Assembly (NCBI RefSeq): GCF_963853765.1
Contig: NC_088862.1
Span: forward strand, 21,700,001-21,764,000
Direction of reading: 5' to 3'
Source of the DNA: Magallana gigas
Lineage: Eukaryota
Length of the DNA: 64,000 nt
Position numbers and translations under genes: made by a program. Shown piece by piece: positions 13,426-25,740 of the stretch (its first letter is position 1; every line of letters begins with the position of its first letter). The notes under the pieces are model-generated. The model had not been told where the DNA came from. It saw only the letters and a program-made list of their open reading frames with translations, and made no database searches.

Positions 13426-14749
13426 CTTGATTCCATTGCTACACATGCAAAAAATAAAATATTGATCATATACCAGTCCATGTAAATATACATGTACCAA
13501 CACAGTCTAAACAGTGGCACTACTTATCATCTATATTGATACATGTATGGTGTCGCTGATAGATAATCAATGTGGAACTGGAAGGTTGTGCATTCAGGTA
13601 AAATCTATTGTCTGATGGGGAAAAGCTGATAAATCGCCATCGACATTTATTTGTCCAAGACGTTTTCAACAAGTGGGATTTAAATACTCTTGAAATGGCT
13701 TTTTTAAAATAATAAGTTATATGCAATTAAAGTATTGATATATTATCATTTGTGTAACAAAATGATATGCTAGTGCGTTGATAAGTAATAAAGCTTCATA
13801 ATTATTTACAACATGTGGTCGTAGGAAAACACATCTCGATTTGTACATCACTTTGTTGTTTCAGCACACACTAAGTACTGCGTTTACACTTTTTATCATA
13901 CTGTTTGCGTTAGTTTATGGAATGATTTGTCTAATACTTACCATATCTCCTGCATAGTTCGACATCCACACGCATTGTATCAATCCACAACATCTCGGCG
14001 CACATGTTTACCATTTACCAAGCCTTCCATTTTGCTAGCAGCTAAAAATAGTCGACGCGTCACGGATCGATACAAGCGTCGGAAAGGAGCGGATCGGAAC
14101 CAAACGACAATTGATGTTTTCATTGAAAATAAGTAAATAATGATCATTATTGCAGAATGAGGGATTTGATATTTAAACTCTCTTCAACAAGAAATTGAAT
14201 CCAAAATCTAATCAACTACGATTAATAGATGTTATTTACGTTAAATTACATATCTAATGAATATTCATGTGTTCAAAGTTGATCAAAATAAGCCCGTGTA
14301 TTAGAAAAAATGCTAAAATTCAACAATAACACTTGTGTTTTCACTGCATCATATTTTTGATCCCAGTCTATTTTATTGATTGAATATACGTTTATTGTCT
14401 GTCATTTATTCTAATATGTCTTGAATAAATGACCATTCCTATTCCTGTTACCTACGTGAATTACTGTTATGATTTCATAGGAGGGGTCAAACAAACATAA
14501 AGATCTTTTCTGATTCAATTGTTTGAAAAATACGTGTAATCAGTATCGTGAATTGAAATAAGGCAAGTGAATGAAATGCAATACATTTGTAAAACGAAAG
14601 AGATTCATGTTTTGCCAGTCAGCACGCAAGATGTACTTTTATGTCAGTATTACATTTCATTTTCATGTTTGTTTTTGTTGAGTTATGTTACACACATATA
14701 TATGTCAGATTTCACAAAAACAATATCATTTTTCATGTGCTCTTCATTG

Positions 14750-14773
14750 TTATTATTATTATTATTATTATTA
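14750..14773 (+). repeat. (TTA)8 microsatellite 12 bp upstream of lectin copy 2 ATG
   Basis: Direct read of the sequence. Confidence 0.9.
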
Positions 14774-14785
14774 TAAGAAAAGAAA

Positions 14786-17700
14786 ATGTTGCTTAAATTC
14801 TTTCTATGGATGACTCTTATTTTAATAAGCAGTGACCAAATACAAGGTAAGGTAAAATATAAGTTTAAAGTGACAATCATGTTAAAGCATTTTAATCGTA
14901 ATGTAACTTGCCCTTTTATTTTCTCTATATTGCACAATCATAAAAGGAATTTTATATGTCGATGATATTTATATAACATGATAACAATTAAAAGTTCAAA
15001 TATTAGTTTAGCGAAGATCTTAATTAATTTGATTATATGCAAGAGAAAAGTAAGCATCTTTGGAGATACCAATAGGGGTTTTTCGGTAACATGATAAAGA
15101 GTTGCTACTGGTCTTTACTGAAATACCAGATATAAACAAACAGACCGCAACATTAATCAGATACATGTATATAGTTAATATAAGGAAAAGTGTTCCAGTA
15201 CTTTTTACACGTCTTTTACATTTTTATATTCATTTTTGAAATAGCTGGACTCCTCGATCGCCCAGTTTTTCAACCTTTTTGGTTTGATATTTTCTGCCTG
15301 ATGCGATAAAGGAGATTTTGGGACAAGTTTGTTATGAAACAATGTAGTTTAGAGTGTAATATAGAACTGGTGGATCGAAAAAAAGAAGGATAAATTGATA
15401 AAAAGAGAAACTGCGGGAGAGGGAACTCATATAACTTAAAGACAATTGTATAAGCGTTGTGTGTCTTCTTTTATTAATTTTCAAATCGTTGATATTGAAA
15501 AAAATTTTAATTATATATTTCGTATTCTGATGTATCTTATCTTTTATTTTTCTATTATTGTTTTGCCTTAACTAGTTATATGCTCGACACAAATTACACT
15601 TACACTTTTATCACCACCAGTGGAGACTGGGAGATTATACAATATATCTTTAAATCAAACAGTATGTAAACTCTGTAGTTTAGATCAAATTGCTTACGAA
15701 CTCCAGTATATTCTTGAATGTTAAGAGTTATTGATGTTCAGACATAATTGCGTGGACCCTGAGGTCCACGCAGATCAGGGTCCACGCAAAAAATATATAA
15801 GCGAGGTTAAACCGGATGCTATGGGGAAAATTCAGTCTGCGCATGAGCTAGCCTGGTTCCTATGCGTAATGGGTAGCTCAGGGAACCAGGCTAGAAAACG
15901 TTTATCTGAATCGGGATCGGGATTCCGTGCCAGATGCACACATAAGTTCAAAGGCGCTGTAATTGTAAAGTTGTCGGTGAACAGTACAGAAACAAAGTAC
16001 ACGTTTAAAGAAATGATTGGCATGTGATATGAACTATCAGTATTATGAAATAAGTTAATGTTAAGCCGAAACTACAACATGCATCAACTAGCATAATTTG
16101 CAATGTTTTGTTGTTTTCCGAATACACATGTAACTTAACTTTACTTTTATAGTAGGCAAGGCTAGAGAGCTTCCCGATTAATTTTTTTTAAGCATTTAAG
16201 TATGATTTAATAATTATGTCACTGTATGAAAGTTAAAATCTCAAGAAAAATGCATCAAAATATGAAATTTTTAATTTACACAAAGCTGTCACTGCATAAT
16301 TAACAAAGTAGTGCGAATCGTAATGTGTGCGCAAATAGTAGAATTCACCGAATGCCTGATACTATACATGCAAACTTCATTCATAGATAGATCATAATTA
16401 TTTTAGAAGTATGAATCCTTTAAATTCTGAGATAAAAAGTCAGGGCTATATATACATACATGTATACGTAATACAACGTACAAATTTAGTGGTTAAAAGC
16501 AGAGGGCTAGAGCCGGTGGAATCTCTAATCTCTAATCTCTAATCTTTACATACAGATTAAAAATTCACAACGAACTCCTGAAAAAAATCCTCTTTACATC
16601 TTTTTAAACAACGCTTCATTTACAATTTTCTAGCAAAATACACACGTGCATCCAGCAAGGCGTGAGACTTTGTTTACCTCGAAGTTACACATGTGCTTGA
16701 AAATCAAGCCCGGGCCTTTTCACCCCCCTCCGGAAACAACACGCATCAAAAATTCAAATGACCTCGCATTATTACAAAAATGGGATAGTTAGACCTCTTC
16801 CACATTGTTTTTCATCTCTTAAAAAAAATTCAGCTCCTGTCGCGTGCGGAAACGCCCCGAATTGAAAGGAAAATTCGGGAATTATTTTGGCTCAGCCATG
16901 TTTTGAAATTCTGTTATGACACCTTAAGGCTTTCACGTTTTCGTTGGAAACACGTGCAAATGGTCCACGTATTGTAGTCTTTTTTTAATGGACAGCAACT
17001 TGTACATATATATTGATGATAAATACTGTTCAGCACCAAATACTATTAAGTTTTGTGAACTTATGTCTTGTACTAATGTTACAAATCTGAAAAAAAATAT
17101 GTAATTTTATTATCAAAATATACAGTCTAATATTATAGTCTGTCATCCATAATTCTACATTATCCTATTTTCGTTGTAAATATTGTATATTTATGTTTAT
17201 TTACTATTTATTTACTACCTATCTATTCATTTATAAAATGAACCTCTGACCTTTGAACTGTATATATTGATTGACCTCATATAATATTTCATAGTTTGAG
17301 TGAATACAATGAATTTAAAATTATCAATGAAATTAAATTAGGTGAAAGTTTCAAATGCAGTTATCCGTACAGAAAAATTGGAACTAATTGCTATTACATC
17401 AGCACAGACACAGCGTCGTGGGATGAAGCTTACGTGAGTTTTTGAAGCCTTTTTTCATTTTTTTATGAATTGTATGGCTGTATAAGGAAGTTACTGAAGT
17501 TCTTGTCCATCAAAAACTATGTTTAACTTGTATATGTATATTTTTTACATTTCATCCAAATTAACTTATGATTTTATTTATTTTAGGTTAAATGTTTACA
17601 CAAAGGAGGATATTTGGCAAATATAGAAACATTCAATGAATTTATGATCCTTCGTTCATGGATTGCTGGGTTAAATAGTGGTTTGTAAACGTGCATGCAT

Positions 17701-18262
17701 GATAAATGTTTTTGTTAAAGGCACGTAAAGCAGAGAGATTAGACCATACTATGTTATCTTACAATATCTCTTTTTTTTTATTAGAATATGACGGGTTAGT
17801 TATACATATTTTCGTGAGTTAAATTGTCGAAGTTGTATTGTGGTAGTAGCTTTAAATAATGATAATGATTGCTGTGGTTATCATAATTCCATTAGATGAC
17901 ATGAGGACTAGCTCTTGAGTTTTATAATCCATCATTTCTATGATATGTTCAATACCGGCGAAATGCATTGTAACAATCTTTTATATCCGTCTGTGTCTAT
18001 CATGCCACCTATGATCAGTTTGTACAAATATATTTAAGGCAACCTATATTCGATCGGAGGGCGAGAAATTCAGGATGGAGATTGGAGATGGGTGAAAGAT
18101 GGTGATAGCTTTATGAAGATGTCTCATTTTCTGTTCGGGCCAACGGAACCTAATGGATCAAAATCAAGACCAGAGAAAAGCACTGCGCTATATACCGCTA
18201 TGCAGTATTATGCTATTGATTTGAAATGTAATTCTGTTACAAGGTATATTTGTGAAAAATAA
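14786..18262 (+). CDS. C-type lectin copy 2 (secreted, 156 aa, EPN motif, one core Cys missing); exons 14786-14846, 17342-17433, 17587-17680, 18039-18262
   Basis: GT-AG introns; exon 1-3 lengths and phases identical to copy 1. MLLKFFLWMTLILISSDQIQG-ESFKCSYPYRKIGTNCYY..SWDEAYVKCLHKGGYLA..YSIGG..TEPNGSKSRPEKSTAL..DLKCNSVTRYICEK*. Confidence 0.88.
15743..16976. mobile_element. Probable non-autonomous DNA element in intron 1 of lectin copy 2
   Basis: Left end has a perfect 15-bp inverted repeat (TTGCGTGGACCCTGA 15748-15762 / TCAGGGTCCACGCAA 15775-15789). GGTCCACGTA at ~16962 gives a short TIR. More GC-rich than the flanks. No clear TSD. Confidence 0.4.
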
Positions 18263-18299
18263 ATAAATGCGTTCATCTAAGGTTTTGTCCATTGTAGAT

Positions 18300-18425
18300 T
18301 TATTAGTTAATGTTTAACATTTTGCTTGCTATGTTTAATGTTTTGTTTTATGTAACTCATATTCATTACTGTATGCCGACATGGTAATTGTCAATAAATG
18401 AATTGAATTGAATTGAAAAAAAAAT
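18300..18425 (+). mobile_element. Retroposon-like 3' tail (AATAAA + (GAATT)n + A-run)
   Basis: GTCAATAAATGAATTGAATTGAATTGAAAAAAAAA at ~18390-18425, just downstream of the copy 2 stop. The 5' boundary is approximate. Confidence 0.45.
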
Positions 18426-18455
18426 ACAAATGCGTTTATTCATTTCTAAGAAACC

Positions 18456-18990
18456 TTAGATGAACAAAACTAGGCTTGTGTGAAGACTATTATTGGTATT
18501 CATAAAATTGTATAAGTGTTCATTGTTGACTTTCCTTTCTAGCGTTGAAACAGTTTTTTTTAAAAAACAACATATCCTTCTAGCAGCTGTAATGTTTTTA
18601 GGATTGACAAGTTCCTTAATGGGATTGACATTTGTATATGTGTTCACATTGAATATATCATTATAATTTAATCTACACTGGCGATATTTTGAACAATACA
18701 ATACAAAGTGTTTCTTATCTTCAATAAACAATTTGCAAAAATTACACAGACGTTTTTCTCTTGGAACAGGAGGTTTAGAATATCTACCAGTTTCAATAAA
18801 TAATGAATGATCACTGATTCTTAGTTTTGTTAGGACAGATCTGTCACATTTTTTAAAGGTAGTTTTAAGTAGTGTTGTAGTTCATATTCATTTTGGTTTA
18901 CAGTTTTGCTATAAAAAGACAATTTTCCAGAGTCAGCTTTACATATATTGTTTAGTAGTTCGTGTATTTTGTATTGATAATGTTCTTTTA
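18456..18990 (-). mobile_element. Non-LTR retrotransposon (CR1/L2-like) ORF2 C-terminal fragment, decayed
   Basis: Minus-strand translation RSVLTKLRISDHSLFIETGRYSKPPVPREKRLCNFCKLFIEDKKHFVLYCSKYRQCR matches the typical LINE C-terminal R-C..C...ED..HF...C..Y motif; frameshifts upstream. Confidence 0.8.
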
Positions 18991-20429
18991 ACTTGTTCTT
19001 TTTAATGACGTCATATTCGTATATCTGATTGGTCTCTCATATTTCTGAGGAAAAAAATTTGACAAAACGTGTTCGTTTAACAACTCATTATCGAAAATAA
19101 AGTTGCTAATTTTTCTTTGATATTTTAATATGTTTAACCTTCACAAAGCTCGTTCCTGACAAAGAGGTAGACGATTTTATCTCTAGTGGTTTGTTCAAAT
19201 ATATATTCCGGTCTATTGGATGGTATCCCCATCCTTCCATAATATTCACTCAAATTAAGTCATAATAAAATAGTGATATAAAATACAGAGTTTAGAATGT
19301 TTTAGCAATTCCATATTCAAGATATTTCTCTGGACAGCTGTTATGTAAATAAACAATATAATCGAGTATAGTAACAAATTCAGCTTCTAGTAGAATTCAT
19401 GTTGTATCATGAATCATGTGTCAGTTGCTTCAGTGAAAATTATACGGGTTTAAATTCGTGGGGACAAATTTTTGTGGATTGCTTCACTTTAACAAGTTCG
19501 CTGGGACTTACTTTCGTGTATTCTGTTATATCTATAAAGGGAAATATGACTCCTTTACTCTGATTCATTTATTCGTGGAGAATATTAATTCGTTGATGAG
19601 TGGTACATGTACCCTCGAATTCCACTAAAATTGAGCCACAGCGAAATCTAATAATTCCACAATATGTTAACTCTTTTACACTTTCATGACCAAACAAATA
19701 AGATTCAAAAAATCATTTTCGATAATCTTGTGTACATCAATTCTAGGTTGTTGAATGACACATACTAATTCATGCTGATCTTTTAACATTATACATGTAA
19801 CATTAACACTTTTCTGGACAGTAACACTTTTGTTTGTCGGACATCATTGTTGATTTTTATACAATTAACACTAAAATACATGTAGTTGGGAATGACATTT
19901 CTGGATAAATGATAAATCTGAAGATTTGGAACAAAGATAACAATTATTTTTCTTTAGAAATAAAATGCCTTTAAAAGAAGAGATTTTATTAGACAAAAAA
20001 ACCTCTGGTACAGTGGTCATCAATTGAACGGTTTTATACAGATCATCTTCCTTATTATAAAAGTATATGCATACTTAGTGTTTGTATTTTTTGTCTACTT
20101 TCATTTTGCAAAGTGGGTGGAGAGGATGGTTTTTATGATTTTATCATTATGATATTTTTATTTCACTGTTATAATAGATTTGGCTTTTTTATATTGAGTT
20201 TATGACTTAAATGTAAGCTGCCCTTCTGAATTTGATGTTACCTGTCAGATTTGGTCAAGATTTGATTCATTGTTCCTGAAACTTTGAAATTTATTCCAAA
20301 GTTTACGAATACCATAAAACATAAATAAATCAAGATTGGTATTGTTTGGATAGTCGAACGTCATCTGGTATTCGTTAACTTTGAAATAAATTTCAAAGTT
20401 TCATAAGAAGACAGACAAATCAGCATGAA

Positions 20430-20645
20430 TAAGATTTTAAATGGTATACTGAGCTTATGTAAGTAAAAACAGGGCACAAGCCTTGTTTTCATGACAAATA
20501 AGTGTGAGCCCTATATCTTGCTTTTAACTCTACGACTGCCTCTCAAATTTCATTAATTTGATCATTAGAAGTGCATTCCTAGAGCACTGTAGATAATAAA
20601 ACAGAAAAGTAGATTTTGACCTAAATCGTGACCATCCCCCTTTAA
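20430..20645. mobile_element. Right half of the 8928-9420 family element (counterpart of 25823-26270)
   Basis: Ends TTTGACCTAAATCGTGACCATCCCCCTTTAA; internal sequence aligns to ~9200-9424 and ~26060-26270. Confidence 0.7.
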
Positions 20646-21811
20646 AGTGATATAAAAGCCCCCCCCCCCCACCCCTCCCTTGGATCGATATATAATTTCG
20701 CTCTGTTACACAGTTACATTTGTCAAATACAATCGACTGAATACCAAATATAGGAATTAATTCAGTGAAAAACTAAGTTGATTTGTTTAATTAAATTGAC
20801 AAGAAAAGAAAGCAAATCAATATAGAGTTGGTACAATGTCCTTTCTGATACTATTTTTCCTAAATAAAATATACAAGATGACTTTGTGTTAGGTATTGTA
20901 TTGGTTCAAATAAATTATATAATAAAGGATATCAATTGTTAATTTAATTTTATCATACAAAAGAAAAATGGGTTCAAAAAAGGTAAAATTTACTCTGTAC
21001 AGTCTGTACTTATCTTCTGTTTTACCTAGTTAATTGACTGAGTATGAAAACTGACGCGAATATATAATTGAAAATTTGACGATTATATCCATTTGGAAAT
21101 TATATGGACATTTCACACAATTTTGAAAAAATATTACCGCTCCATTTTTTTTCTAATTTCTGAACGTGTAAGGTGCATATTTGACTTTATAGTTGAAGTC
21201 AATATAGATCGGACACAGAATCATAAATAGATATCGATGCAAACATTGACTGAAATGCGAAATTTGGGTAGAATAGGCATATATAATTAATAACATTATT
21301 CTTCATTTGCTTTATCATTACCATATTGTTTAAAGGTGGAATGGGACAACTGTCGATATTATTGTGGATAAAAGTTCATTATAATTTTTAAAAAAAGCCT
21401 TTACCTTTTCTGATTTTTCAAATTTCGCAATATTAAATCAAATTATGTTTTCAAAACATTTGGAAACGTAAATAGTCTTAAATCCCCAGCGGAATTAAAA
21501 CTTGTGAATTACAGATTCGTAAAGAAACCTCTAACCTTCTGCGCTTCGCTGTTTATGAGATTTTTGGGAATAAAACTACTGGTAAAATTACACTGAAGTT
21601 ATTGTTTATTTTAATGAATAGTACGTCAAAACATGGAGGTGTCCAATACCACCACAAAGTATCTCTACATTAAATAAATCACATTCTAAATATTTATCTA
21701 ACATTCTTATTTTATCTTGTATTTTCAGTTGTTATTTTTCCTAAACTGTAAATGCTGTGTAATGCAAAAACATGAAAACCGTTCATAATTTTATCATTGA
21801 AAATAAATTAG

Positions 21812-22200
21812 GAACAGTTTCTCATGCAGTTATCCGTACAGAATTATTGGAGCCAATTGCTATTACATCAGCACAGACACAGCGTCGTGGGATGACGATT
21901 ATGTAAGTTTATAGGGCCTTCTGTTGCTTTTCACGTAACTTGACTTTACTCAAAAAGTTGGAATTGACCTAGGTTCTTGTCTTGGTTATTTCTGAATTAC
22001 ATTTGTATTTTTTTATAAAAAGTCTAATGTAAGTTTGTTTTTTCCTTTTTAAGTTATGTTTTTAGATATATTACTAAATATTTGCTTGTCCTCTTATTTC
22101 ACTTGAAGCTTTTGTTTTAGGTTAAATGTTTACACAGGGGTGGTTATTTGGCAAACTTAGAGACTTTTAATGAATTTATGATCCTACGCTCCTGGTTTAG
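21812..22200 (+). pseudogene. C-type lectin copy 3, pseudogene (paralog or haplotig of copy 4)
   Basis: Exon 2 (21812-21902) is 91 nt rather than 92, a frameshift. Exon 3 starts at 22121 but its 3' end and donor are deleted. No exon 1 or exon 4 is visible. Flanks ~20150-22837 align to ~24605-30080. Confidence 0.8.
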
Positions 22201-22837
22201 TGTCCCAGGTCCCAGGTCTCTGAGTCGCCCACCTCTGTATGAGGCATCGCTTACGCACAATATACATGGCTTTAAGGTAACAAAGGTAAAATAGATGGAA
22301 CAAGCATTACATAGCTAACTTGCAAGTATCAGGGCCTTCATTGCAGACACAAGATCGCCAAAAATGACAACTTATTTATAAACTCCCAATTCGGACGTAT
22401 TGTGCCCGCATTCTGCACCTGGTTGTACAACATCATTTAGGAATACTACGCAGTGCCACAAGAATCACAGAGTTCATTCTGTTAGTTATCATTACCGCAA
22501 TTCATTGTGCAGTATCTAGGTGTATATAAGTATCATAATGATCAATTTGTAATATTACCAATTCAAGGTGTCATAGCATGGCTATCTGGTTACATATTAT
22601 GTAAAAAATTCATAACAAGATTTTTGAAGAAGAATTCATTAATACCAATTCAATTTGTCTATAGAAGAACATAATGATATAACTGTCGATGGTCAGAGAG
22701 GCCAATTACAGTAGTGCACATTACTCTTAATTTTCGGAACCATTGTAAATGAACGCTGATAAATATTATAGCGAAGTCTACTTTTGACTAAATACAAGTA
22801 AACTACAAGAAATTATTTGTCAATTTTGCTTACATAT

Positions 22838-23392
22838 ACTAGCGGAAAAAGAGACTGTGCATCATTTAATATATGAAAAACATTTAAAAATTACAAAGAA
22901 CAAATTTTATTTTTTGTAATACACATGTATTCGTAACAACATCTGATAACACATTAATGTCAACGTCGAATAACGTCAATTTCAGCACACTCGAACATCA
23001 CTGTTATTTGAAATGGAATTAACAAAATTAATAACGCGTGTGACCACCATTTGCGTTCACGCATGCTTGACAGCGACGCCTAATTGATGACACTTAAGTG
23101 TTCATAAATGCTTGAGGGATGTTGTTCCAGATGTTGGTTAAAGCCTGCTCTAAATCAACCAATGTCACTGGCTGATTTGGTAAACGGCGTAAACGTCTCT
23201 CCATTTCGACCCAGACGTGCTCGATCGGCGACAAATCGGTGGAAACAGCTGGCCAAGGCAAGACATCGGCATTCTGTTGAAGAAACAAGTTTCTGACTAC
23301 ACGTGGAACGTGTGGCCTTGCGTTGTCTTGCTGCAGAGTGATGTGATTTTGATGTCTCTGTATGAAGGGTATCTTGACGAGATTTGTCATTA
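22838..23392 (-). mobile_element. Tc1-like transposon fragment (C-terminal DDE domain)
   Basis: ORF 23094-23390: LQQDNARPH...LPWPAVSTDLSPIEHVW..MERRLR, the Tc1 QDNA.PH / WP..SPDLNPIE..W motifs. Homology with copy 4 stops at ~22837 at TA-CTAGCGGAAAAAAG. No matching second TIR found. Confidence 0.85.
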
Positions 23393-25267
23393 TTTCAATG
23401 ATAAATTATTGTACGTATACATGTATGTTATTTACTGACATTTTCTTCAAGGCTTTTTATTTCAAAAAAGTGTGACACTTTTCAAATTACTCTGCAAATA
23501 ACAAAAAACAAATTATGGGAAGTCATACAACTTAATTTACATGCATAGGACGTCAACAGTAATGTGAACATTTTTTGAAAGGTTTACATATATTTTGCAT
23601 GGATTGGAAAATGACCATCACTTTAAATATTATTTGAAGTTACATATACACATTTTACACAAACAATACCATAAATGACCATGCTTGTAGATTCCTCATT
23701 TATGGAAAATCAGATGGAGACATGCATGCATTCATTTATTTATTATTATTTTGTTTTTTTAATACCAATAGTACAGAATCATATGTATAACCCAGGTGAC
23801 AAGATTTCAAACAGTGTTATAATAGTAATATACTGAGTTATAAAAAACTAGTAATAAGAATTAATGTGCTTGAACGTCTTATATCAACTCCGCAGTGCAG
23901 ATAAGGCTACACGTCGCTCTGATATGCTAATGAAGGGATAATGAGATATGACGTCATAATACATGCCCCGCATCTGTATTTCCATATATGGAAAATGCAC
24001 CGAAAACGATAGTTTTGGCAAAATATACGGTTGATTTAATACTTCATGGGAAAACCTATAACAACGAATTACACATATGTGTATCTATAAATTTACAACA
24101 ACGAGAATATACGAAGAATTTCGATATCACATCTGTCGTATGGGTGTGAATCTGCGTCCTGAAAGCGCTCATCAGACGATGTAAACACGTGTAGCTGGTG
24201 TTCCCGATGGTAACGATCTTTCGATGATTTATCAGGAATGTAGAATAGATATACAGTGTATTTGTAATAGACCAGATAACTAAGTAACTATTTTAATGTG
24301 TTTTTATACAGTGGATGAATTTCTTATCAACTTATTGTGTTGTTTCGTTCAAACCATGAGAAGAGACTGCATTGTTTACATTTATACTGTACAATGTACA
24401 TGTAGAAGTTTATTGTCGGTCCGTTAAATTGTTACTCATTTTCTTCAGAAAGTTCAATCGACACGATCGAATCAGTTCATAGCATTTGTACAGACAATGC
24501 TATAGCTTTACACTATACTCAGTCTGACTACATGCAGTTGTTTGTATATGTAAACAAAGTGAGACTGTGAAAACAGCTGATCTGGTTTCCTGAAAATCAG
24601 TACAGTACATATTTTTTTCACTTTTACAATAGGTTCGGCTGCTTTATATTGAGTTTATAACTTAAATGTACGCTGCCCTTCTGAATTTGATGCTACATGT
24701 CAGATTTGGCCGAAACCTTGAATTTTATTCCGAAGTTTACGAAGAACGGATGACGTGCGAATATCACCATTACACTTAAGAGAGATGTCTTGTTTCTAAA
24801 TTTTAATCTACATAGTATTTATGTTTCATGTAAAGAGTTTAATTGAAGCATATTTAGTAAATTCACGATACAACAACCAGGAAGGGATATCACCTATACA
24901 TGTGTGTCACTTTTCCCTTATACGGTATCGTAATACATTAATTGGTGATAACTACAAGACGTCGAAATGTGCATCGTGTTAAAACTTTATTTGCGACTAT
25001 GTAGATAAATCAAAAATTAAATTAAAATATAATGAGAAAACAAGCTTTATGACATGTTATTAAGAAACCATATTTCGATGATATTGCATTATTATTTTTA
25101 CATCTGATATCATCTTATATCAATAAAAAATTTTTTGAGAGAAATGAAATACAAAAAATGAAAACCAATTAAATGTCAAATACATCATTACTTTAACACT
25201 GGTATTTTAATAATTACAATGTATAGCATGGTGTGAACAGATCGTATTTTTTTAACCGATCGTGCTA

Positions 25268-25440
25268 NNNNNNNNNNNNNNNNNNNNNNNNNNNNNNNNN
25301 NNNNNNNNNNNNNNNNNNNNNNNNNNNNNNNNNNNNNNNNNNNNNNNNNNNNNNNNNNNNNNNNNNNNNNNNNNNNNNNNNNNNNNNNNNNNNNNNNNNN
25401 NNNNNNNNNNNNNNNNNNNNNNNNNNNNNNNNNNNNNNNN
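25268..25440. other. Assembly gap (173 N)
   Basis: Run of N. Confidence 1.
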
Positions 25441-25740
25441 ATAGTCAATTAAAAAATATGTGTTCCATGATTTCTGAATTGCATTTGTAGGTTGAATTAA
25501 AACTATTTTTGTTTTGCTGTAAACATGTCGTCACAGACTTTCATAACAACATCTAAAATATGTCATGATATAAGGGAGAATATTGACGCTTTGCCAAAAC
25601 GCCAGGTGTACTTATCTGTATTACATTTCATTTTAATGTGTATTTTAGTGGAGTAGTGTTACACATACATATGTCAGATTTTGAAATTACAAGTAGCATT
25701 GCATTTTTCATGTTTTCCTCTTGATTAACATTGGATGAAA

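Noticed and set aside
15731-16027. 98-aa ORF in intron 1 of lectin copy 2
   Set aside because: Lies in a probable mobile element end; no motif.
21860-21900. Exon 2 of copy 3 shares two sites with copy 2 rather than copy 4 (possible gene conversion)
   Set aside because: Two sites are equally explained by substitutions on the copy 4 lineage.
25188-25490. ORFs of 60-86 aa
   Set aside because: Artefacts of translating through the N-run.
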